Shown in pieces: positions 57,095 through 64,000 of a stretch of DNA of 64,000 nucleotides. The notes beneath the pieces are model-generated. The model saw nothing but the letters and a program-made list of their open reading frames with translations. It did no database searches and had not been told where the DNA came from. The number at the start of each line of letters is the position of its first letter. Position 1 is the stretch's first letter. The position numbers and the translations under genes are program-made. This DNA comes from Bacillota bacterium (GTDB lineage: Bacteria; Armatimonadota; HRBIN16): the NCBI GenBank assembly GCA_023511455.1, contig JAIMBJ010000001.1, positions 1,146-65,145 on the forward strand, written 5' to 3'.

Positions 57095-60069
57095 AGGTGC
57101 ATCGTTTACAGCTCACCAATTTCCGACAGTATACGGAGCTGGATCTGACCTTTGAAGACGGCATTACCGCCATTATCGGGGCAAACGGTTCGGGCAAAAG
57201 CACCCTGCTGGAGGCAATCTGCTGGTCGTTGTACGGGTCGGATGCGCTGCGCAGCAAGGTAGAGGAGGTGCGCCCGTTGTTTCTGAGCCTGCTGGATGGT
57301 GGCTCCCAGAGAGGCAGAGGCACGAACCCGAAGGCGGTGCTGACCTTCTCACTGGGTGGCACTACCTACGAAATCGAGCGCACAGCGCAGGGAGCGCGTC
57401 TGTATCGCCTGCAATCGGAGCGGGAACCACTTGCGGACGGCACCACGGCAGTCAACAGCATGGTGCAGCGGTTGCTTGGCGGCATGACCTATCGCCAGTT
57501 CCTCACCTCGTTCTTCGCACAGCAGGGCGAGCTGGATTTCCTGAACTTCGACAGGGCGCGTCGGCGCGAGGAAGTACTGCGGATGCTGGGACTGGAACGC
57601 GTTACCCGCAGTGTGAAGTGGATGGACGCCGAGCTGGCGAAGGGGCGTGCGGAGCTGCAGGGCAAACAATCACTGCCTGTCAGTCCCGAGGAGGCAAAGG
57701 CACGGCTGGAGCGGGCGAGGGAGGAGCTGCAGACGGCGCGCGCTGAGTGGCGAGAGGCTGAGCGGACACTGGAGAAGGCAAAAGCGGACTGGGAGCGCCG
57801 GAAGCCAATTGCCGAGCAGTGGCAGGCAAAAAAGACAGCTTACGACAGCCTGCAAACACAGGTGAAGCTACTGGAGCAAACCATCCAGACCCGCCAGGAA
57901 GAGCTGAGCCGACTGCAGGGTGAGCTGTCCGAGGCACAGACAGCCCGCGCGCGCCTGGAGGAGCTGCGTCCGCAGGGAGAACGATACAAACAGGTGCGCG
58001 AACAACTGCGCCAGCTGGATGACCTGCAGCGATATGAGCAACGTCGCGCCGAGCTGCGGGTACATATAGAGAACCTGACAGTACAGATAAAGGAAAAAGA
58101 AACCCAGCTTGCGCAGGCGGAGGCGGAACTATCCCGTGTGCAGAGCCAAAGAGAGGAACTGAACGTTCAGGAGCAGCGCGTGCAGGAACTGGAGCAAAAG
58201 GCGAAGCAGGCAGAAGACCTTCAACGCAAGCTCGAGCAGATGGATAGCCTTAAACTGGCTGTGCAGAAGCAGTTATCGGCGCTGGACGCGCAAATCGCCT
58301 CTCTGCACAGGCAACTGAAGCAGATAGAGCAGCAGATTGCGTCCACAAAGGGAATCGACACCGAGGTGCAGCGCACGGGTACGCTGGTGCACGAGGCGGA
58401 GGCGCGCGTGCGGGAACTGGAAGCCGAACTGGGGCGTTTGGAGAAACAACGTGCCAGCGCCATCGCCAGTGCAGATGCCGAAGCGAAAAGCGTGCAACAG
58501 CAAATGCGGGAGATAGAGCGACGTCGCCAGAACGTGGAAGCACTGGGACCCGATGGCGAGTGTCCTGTCTGCACCCGCCGTTTGGGCGAGGAGTACGCCA
58601 GTGTGGTGAAGCACTTTGACATGGAACTGCAGGAGGCGGAGAAGCGGTTGCAGGCGGCGCTGAGCCGCAAGGCAGAGGCAGAACGCGATACCGAGGCTAT
58701 TGAACAGTGCAGGGCAAACCTGGAGGAGGCGCGTACCGACCTGCAGCAATATCGTGAGCAGCTCGCGCGATTGCAGGAGCAGATTCGCCAGCGGGATGGC
58801 TGGCTGCAGGAGGTACAGAACCTTCGCCAGCAAATGGATGAACTGTCGCAGCAGCGCGAACAGGTGGCGTCCACTTACAACGCCCAGGAGCACGAGCAGA
58901 TACGTCGTCAAGTGGATCTACTGCAGCCCATTGTGGGTCAGGCAACGGCAGAGAGGCAGGTTTGGCTGGACCGCCTCAGCCGATGGCAGCGTGAAAGTGC
59001 GCAGGTACAGGACACGGTGAAGCAGCTGCGCACTGCGCTGGAACATTTTACGAAGTCGATGCGTACCGCCGAAGCCGAGATGCAGCAGCTACCGTCGGGC
59101 TACGATGCGGCACTCCATGAACAGCTGCGCAAAGAGCTGGTCGACCTGCAGCCGGCGTGGGATGAGGCGTTGCGATTGTACGCTATTGCAAAACGACTGG
59201 ACAGCCTGCAGACGCGCCACAGCGAACTGCAGAGCGCTTTGCAATCTGCATCGGAGCATCTGGAGCAAACGCGCCAGAGATTGCGGGAACTGGCTTACGA
59301 CGAGCAAGAGTACCAGCACGTCATGAGCCAGTTCGAGCAGTGCGAGAGCGTGCTGCGGGATGCCGAAACGCAGGTGCGCGTCCTGCAGGAACGGGTACAG
59401 CAGCGGGAGGGGCAGGTGGCTACCCTCGAGGAGCAATGGCAGCGCTTGCAGGAACATCTGCGCGAACTGCATGAGTTGCAACGCGCGGTGCGCCGCGATG
59501 AGACCGTGCGCAACTGGCTGCGCAGTTTTGCCGACCTGTTGAACGGTGAAGTGGTTCCGGAGTTACAGGAGCGCGCGGGTGAGCTCCTGAACTTGCTAAC
59601 CGACGGGCGCTACACGCAACTGCAGATTACCGAAGAGTTCGAGTTCACGCTCTACGATGAAGACCGCCCCAAGCCCATCATTTCGGGTGGAGAAGAGGAC
59701 ATCGTGAATCTCAGCCTGCGCCTGGCAATGGCAGAGATGATATGCGAGCGTAGCGGTCAACCGTTAGGACTGCTGGTGCTGGACGAGGTGTTCGGCTCGC
59801 TGGATGCTGACCGCCGCGAAAATACCCTGCAGTTGCTGCGCCGCTTGCGTGACCGTTTCGAACAGATTATCATCATCTCGCATATCGAGGAGATACAGGC
59901 AGGCGCGGACCGCGTGTTGCATGTGGAGTACAATCCCAGTTTGCATCGCAGCACCGTGCGGGAGATGGACCTCTTACAGACCGTGGATATCCTGAGCGAG
60001 GAGCCTTCTTTGATAATGGCAACCTCTGAAGCCGTCTCGCAGGGGTGGGGAGGGCTGTTTGACGTCTGA
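57091..60069 (+). CDS. sbcC: Rad50/SbcC-family ATPase with long coiled coil and CxxC zinc hook
   Basis: Walker A GANGSGKST, ~700-aa coiled coil, zinc hook GPDGECPVCTRRLG at its midpoint, signature/D-loop LVLDEVFGSLD. ATGA overlap with sbcD. Confidence 0.9.
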   Translation: MKVHRLQLTNFRQYTELDLTFEDGITAIIGANGSGKSTLLEAICWSLYGSDALRSKVEEVRPLFLSLLDGGSQRGRGTNPKAVLTFSLGGTTYEIERTAQGARLYRLQSEREPLADGTTAVNSMVQRLLGGMTYRQFLTSFFAQQGELDFLNFDRARRREEVLRMLGLERVTRSVKWMDAELAKGRAELQGKQSLPVSPEEAKARLERAREELQTARAEWREAERTLEKAKADWERRKPIAEQWQAKKTAYDSLQTQVKLLEQTIQTRQEELSRLQGELSEAQTARARLEELRPQGERYKQVREQLRQLDDLQRYEQRRAELRVHIENLTVQIKEKETQLAQAEAELSRVQSQREELNVQEQRVQELEQKAKQAEDLQRKLEQMDSLKLAVQKQLSALDAQIASLHRQLKQIEQQIASTKGIDTEVQRTGTLVHEAEARVRELEAELGRLEKQRASAIASADAEAKSVQQQMREIERRRQNVEALGPDGECPVCTRRLGEEYASVVKHFDMELQEAEKRLQAALSRKAEAERDTEAIEQCRANLEEARTDLQQYREQLARLQEQIRQRDGWLQEVQNLRQQMDELSQQREQVASTYNAQEHEQIRRQVDLLQPIVGQATAERQVWLDRLSRWQRESAQVQDTVKQLRTALEHFTKSMRTAEAEMQQLPSGYDAALHEQLRKELVDLQPAWDEALRLYAIAKRLDSLQTRHSELQSALQSASEHLEQTRQRLRELAYDEQEYQHVMSQFEQCESVLRDAETQVRVLQERVQQREGQVATLEEQWQRLQEHLRELHELQRAVRRDETVRNWLRSFADLLNGEVVPELQERAGELLNLLTDGRYTQLQITEEFEFTLYDEDRPKPIISGGEEDIVNLSLRLAMAEMICERSGQPLGLLVLDEVFGSLDADRRENTLQLLRRLRDRFEQIIIISHIEEIQAGADRVLHVEYNPSLHRSTVREMDLLQTVDILSEEPSLIMATSEAVSQGWGGLFDV

Positions 60070-60653
60070 TGGATGAACTCAGCAAGCGACGCAAATGGCG
60101 ACGCTGGCTGTCAATCATTGAGGCAGAGAACCAGCGCCTGCAGGAGGACCATCGGCTGTATACGGAACTGCGCGAGCATCTTCGGGAAAAACCAGAGTGG
60201 ATTTCGTGGATAGATACCCTGTACCTGGTAGGGGTATCTCTCGCCCTGCGTCGCCTGGTGGACGCCAACCCGCGGCACCGAACGGTCTCGCTGGTCAAGC
60301 TGCTGACAGAGATGGAGACTCATGTGGAGTGCCTGTCCCGCCGCCGTGTGCTGCTTCAGGCGAAACCGGCACAACGTGCAGAAATTCATGGGTTTTTTGA
60401 CCGAATCGCAGGTGAAGGCGCCACCACGATTCCCCCGTCGGTGATTCGGCAGTGGCGGGAGGAGTTCAAACACCTTGCTGCGCCTTTCCGGGCGTGGGTG
60501 GACCATCGCATCGCCCACTACGATTTGTCTGTGGACTGTCCTCCTCCCGACAGAGCGCAAGTCGAGCAGGTTCTACAGTGGTTATGTTCACGCCTCGAGA
60601 TTGTGAAGGTGTTGCTGGTAGTCCATCAGACCGATTACCATGCATCGTCATAA
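60069..60653 (+). CDS. hypothetical 194-aa protein translationally coupled to sbcC (TGATG overlap)
   Basis: ORF track; no recognisable domain by eye. Confidence 0.5.
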   Translation: MDELSKRRKWRRWLSIIEAENQRLQEDHRLYTELREHLREKPEWISWIDTLYLVGVSLALRRLVDANPRHRTVSLVKLLTEMETHVECLSRRRVLLQAKPAQRAEIHGFFDRIAGEGATTIPPSVIRQWREEFKHLAAPFRAWVDHRIAHYDLSVDCPPPDRAQVEQVLQWLCSRLEIVKVLLVVHQTDYHASS

Positions 60654-60706
60654 AAAGAGCCCCTCGCATTGTGCGAGAGGCGTTGAGGGGGGAGCACAAA
60701 AGAGCC

Positions 60707-61525
60707 TTACACGCACCGGACAACAGCGTTCCCGGTACCGATAATTCCCTGATAACTCAATACCTGCACTTCCCGTGCTTGTTGGGCAAAGCCCGATAGC
60801 ACCGCCAGGTGGTGCATCCCGCCAACCGGTTGCGCCCGCGCCGACAGCAGGGGGTCCAGGTTCAACAGGTCGTTCCACGCCCGGCTCTGCAGAACACGCA
60901 GTACCTGCTCATCGTGTTTCTTTCCTTCGGGCGATACGGCGGTAATCTCGCGATGATCCAATCTGCCGGACAGCCCGCCTACTGCCAGCAGGGCAACACG
61001 CTTGCCCCATGCTGCGGCAGTTTCCGCAAGCACACGTCCCCAACGGTAGCTGTCGCGCAGAGATAAGGGGCAGATACTGAGTGGTATCACTTGCATCTGT
61101 TCGTTTAGCCGAAGGGCGCGTAACGCCACTACCGCGCTGACGTCCATTTCGCACCGCTCCGCCACCAGTCTTACCGGCAGGGAGGCATCTGCCCCTCGCT
61201 CTACAAGTAGCTGCGCCAGCTGTGGGGCGCCATGATAACTGTATGGTATGATTCCGATAAAGTTTTCCTCACAAACCCCAGCATATTGTGTGCATGCTCC
61301 CACATTGAAAGCATCGGGGGTTACCCATCCTGCCGAAACCACCAGTAGCACCTGTGTCATGCTCTCTGCCAGTTCTTCGGAGACGCGGCGGAGGGCATTA
61401 TGCAAGGACAGAAAACTGGGTGCCAGTTCCTCGTCCAGTAATAGGGACTGCGCTGGAATCACGTAGCTGCGCAGTGTTGCCGGACTACCCAGTGACGGCT
61501 GTTCCAGAGTAGTAATCTGATACAC
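60707..61525 (-). CDS. class III extradiol dioxygenase / LigB-DODA family protein
   Basis: 272 aa; the LigB-family histidine positions and overall pattern resemble YgiD/DODA-type proteins. Assignment is moderate. Confidence 0.5.
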   Translation of the reverse strand: MYQITTLEQPSLGSPATLRSYVIPAQSLLLDEELAPSFLSLHNALRRVSEELAESMTQVLLVVSAGWVTPDAFNVGACTQYAGVCEENFIGIIPYSYHGAPQLAQLLVERGADASLPVRLVAERCEMDVSAVVALRALRLNEQMQVIPLSICPLSLRDSYRWGRVLAETAAAWGKRVALLAVGGLSGRLDHREITAVSPEGKKHDEQVLRVLQSRAWNDLLNLDPLLSARAQPVGGMHHLAVLSGFAQQAREVQVLSYQGIIGTGNAVVRCV

Positions 61526-61566
61526 TTTTGCGCTCCTCCATATACAAATAGTGTATAAAGCGTGGT

Positions 61567-64000
61567 CTATTGAAGCCAGACGCTGTCGCGTCCAACGATG
61601 CGTACCAGGTCCTGCTGAGTGTCATCGCTGACATCCACGTTCAGGTGCGAGACCACCCGATACCGCTGTCTGCCGGAATCAACGTGCAACACCAATCGCG
61701 CCTCGCCCGGATGTCTGGTGAGAATTTCTCGCAACACCCGCAGCGCGGGGCGGTGGGCAGGCGTCAGACGGATATGCAGTGTGCGGGCAGATGGTTTTCC
61801 GTTGCCGTTACCGTTGTTTGGTGTGCTACCGTTAGTCAGGGCGTGCGCCTTTTCACATACCAGTTCGACCGGCGCCTGTGTTTCACCAGACTCCGGGTCC
61901 TCCGCACGCCAGCGATCGCGGTGTTTGACCCTGCCTTCGATAACCACTACGCTGTCTTTGACAAGCAGCGATTTGTTTTCTTCGAACACCTTGGGGAAGA
62001 CGGTGGCAGAGACGGTTCCGGTGAGGTCTTCCAGAGTGATTGCTGCCATGCGGTCGCCTCGCTTGGTTCGCAGAGGACGTACATCAGTAATGACCCCGGC
62101 GACGCGCACCTGTGCACCGTCCGCCATCTCATTGAGGTGGCTGCAGAGCACCACCCCCAGCTGCTTCAGGCGTGTTTGCAGGGAACGCAGGGGATGGTCT
62201 GCCAGATAGACACCCAGCAGTTCCTTCTCAAAGGCGAGTATTTGCTCGCGCGGGAATTCGGGCACGCTCGGCAGGGCAGGTGCCTCCACTTCCTGCATCT
62301 GCCCCCCTGCGAACAGTGATTCCTGCCCGATGCGTCGGTTGTGTACGGCGCGTTGCGCCGCCGTCCATGTATCGTCTAGACCAGATAGCAATTGGTTGCG
62401 GTTGGGTACCAGAGAATGGAACGCACCCGCCTGGATAAGCGTTTCCGCCGTGCTCTTGCCGAAGTTGCCCTGCTGCTCCAGTGTGCGCACACAGAAATCA
62501 AAAAGGCTGGTGAACGGTCCATCTGCCCGCGCACGCAGGATAACCTCTACCGCTGCCTTTCCCACGTTTTTGATAGCCCCCAGCCCAAAGCGAATGGCTC
62601 CCTCCTCCACGGTGAAGTCCACATCACTGCGGTTGATGTCCGGGGGCAATACCTGGATGTTGCGCCGCCGACACTCCTCTACATACTGCACCACTTTGTC
62701 CTGTTTATCGAGGTGCGCTGCCATGAGGGCGGCAAAGTATTCTACGGGATAGTTCGCTTTCAGGTAAGCGGTCTGGTAGGCGACCATAGCGTAGCACACC
62801 GCGTGCGCCTTGTTAAAGGCATAGCCCGCGAACGGCTCGATCAGCTTGAAAAGCTCTTCTGCCTGTTGCGCGTCGATACCGTTGCGCACCGCGCCTTCGA
62901 TAAACTTGGAACGCATCTTCTCCATATCTTCGGATTTCTTCTTACCCATAGCGCGGCGCAGGATATCCGCCTGCCCGAGGGTAAACCCGGCGAGCGTGCG
63001 CACGATTTGCAACACCTGGTCCTGGTAGACGATGACACCATAGGTCTCTTTGAGAATCGGTTCCAGCGATGGGTGCGGATAGACGATGGGCTGTAATCCC
63101 AGCTTGGAGCGGATATACTGGGGGATATGGTCCATTGGACCCGGGCGATAAAGCGCGACCATCGCTGCCAGCTCGCGCACGTCGGTCGGTTTCAACTCTG
63201 CGATGTTGCGCCGCATCCCCTGCGATTCCAGCTGGAACACACCGGTGGTATCTCCCTGTCCGAGCATCTCGTAGGTTTTGCGGTCATTCAGCGGGATGCT
63301 GCGCAGGTCGATGCGTTCTCCTCGCGTCAGCTCGATGTTTCGCAACGTTTTGGCAAGGATGGTCAAGTTGGTCAACCCCAGAAAGTCCATCTTCAGCAAG
63401 CCAATCTTTTCCAGCGAGCCCATGTCGTACTGGGTCACCGGTGGTCCGTCGCTTACCCTTGCCAGAGGGACGTGCTCTGCCAGTGGGTCGCGGCTGATGA
63501 CTACCCCGGCGGCATGAGTGCTCATGTGTCGGGCGACCCCTTCGAGACGCCTGGCGATTTGGATGAGTTCTTGCAGTTTGGGCTCGCTGGCGACTAATGC
63601 TTGCAGTTCGGAGTCTTCCTGCAGGGCTGAATCAATAGTCACCTTTGGCCCCGAAGGGATCAGTCGGGCGAGGTGATCCACCGTTTGTGCAGGGATGCCC
63701 AGTGCCTTGCCAACATCGCGTACCGCTTGCTTGGCGCCCAGCGTCCCAAACGTACCGATTTGCGCTACCCGGTCTTTGCCGTATTTCTCGGTGACGTATT
63801 GAATCACCTCATCCCGGCGCGTATCTTCGAAGTCCATGTCGATATCAGGCATCTGCACGCGCTCGGGGTTCAAGAAGCGCTCGAATGTCAAGCCGTAATA
63901 GAGCGGGTCGATCTCGGTGATGCCGATGCAGTAAGAGACCATGCTACCGGCTGCGGAGCCACGCACACCAAAGAAAATCCCCCGGTCGCGGGCAAACTGA
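61567..64000 (-). CDS. dnaE: DNA polymerase III alpha subunit DnaE, C-terminal ~810 aa (gene continues beyond window end)
   Basis: Palm/fingers motifs (…GSAAGSMVSYCIGITEIDP…FERFLNPERVQMPDIDMDF…), the HhH/beta-binding region and the C-terminal OB fold. The reading frame stays open to position 64000. Confidence 0.85.
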   Translation of the reverse strand, partial: QFARDRGIFFGVRGSAAGSMVSYCIGITEIDPLYYGLTFERFLNPERVQMPDIDMDFEDTRRDEVIQYVTEKYGKDRVAQIGTFGTLGAKQAVRDVGKALGIPAQTVDHLARLIPSGPKVTIDSALQEDSELQALVASEPKLQELIQIARRLEGVARHMSTHAAGVVISRDPLAEHVPLARVSDGPPVTQYDMGSLEKIGLLKMDFLGLTNLTILAKTLRNIELTRGERIDLRSIPLNDRKTYEMLGQGDTTGVFQLESQGMRRNIAELKPTDVRELAAMVALYRPGPMDHIPQYIRSKLGLQPIVYPHPSLEPILKETYGVIVYQDQVLQIVRTLAGFTLGQADILRRAMGKKKSEDMEKMRSKFIEGAVRNGIDAQQAEELFKLIEPFAGYAFNKAHAVCYAMVAYQTAYLKANYPVEYFAALMAAHLDKQDKVVQYVEECRRRNIQVLPPDINRSDVDFTVEEGAIRFGLGAIKNVGKAAVEVILRARADGPFTSLFDFCVRTLEQQGNFGKSTAETLIQAGAFHSLVPNRNQLLSGLDDTWTAAQRAVHNRRIGQESLFAGGQMQEVEAPALPSVPEFPREQILAFEKELLGVYLADHPLRSLQTRLKQLGVVLCSHLNEMADGAQVRVAGVITDVRPLRTKRGDRMAAITLEDLTGTVSATVFPKVFEENKSLLVKDSVVVIEGRVKHRDRWRAEDPESGETQAPVELVCEKAHALTNGSTPNNGNGNGKPSARTLHIRLTPAHRPALRVLREILTRHPGEARLVLHVDSGRQRYRVVSHLNVDVSDDTQQDLVRIVGRDSVWLQ

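Noticed and set aside
58221-58911. Cys/Ser-rich minus-strand ORFs inside sbcC
   Set aside because: They lie antisense to the Rad50/SbcC coiled-coil region, whose repetitive GAG/CAG codons generate long open antisense frames.

Overview
This is a high-GC (~60-65%) chromosomal window from a diderm bacterium (LptD, TolB-like, TatC and ComEC are present). Most of it is housekeeping: radA, argD-like, purL, purF, tsaE/tsaB, tatC, nfo, mrp/apbC, galT, sbcD/sbcC and the 3' part of dnaE running off the window end. I did not assign a taxon. Between these lie accessory-looking pieces: (a) at the window start, an RHS/YD-repeat polymorphic toxin on the minus strand that runs off coordinate 1, preceded by a TPR signal-peptide protein; (b) a low-GC island (17045-18702) carrying a Type II restriction-modification pair whose methyltransferase is split by a frameshift; (c) a sulfur-carrier cysteine-biosynthesis cluster in which CysO (ThiS/MoaD-like) is fused in one reading frame to a MoeZ-type E1 plus rhodanese, next to a JAMM protease and CysM; (d) a 1505-aa alpha-2-macroglobulin whose operon also encodes a HicB-like protein, a zinc-ribbon/TPR membrane protein and an ABC-2 exporter; (e) a lower-GC DUF234 AAA ATPase behind tandem perfect palindromes; (f) two families of short dispersed repeats (MITE/REP-like hairpins) flanking a fucose-isomerase-like gene; (g) an sbcD-sbcC operon bracketed by a deoxyhypusine-synthase-like gene and an unknown 194-aa gene; (h) a globin-coupled chemoreceptor that also carries a CZB zinc-binding domain; (i) a secreted protein with a Gly/Met/Pro-rich tail. 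I found no rRNA, tRNA, CRISPR array, transposase or integrase. Many long antisense ORFs in the track are GC-driven artefacts.
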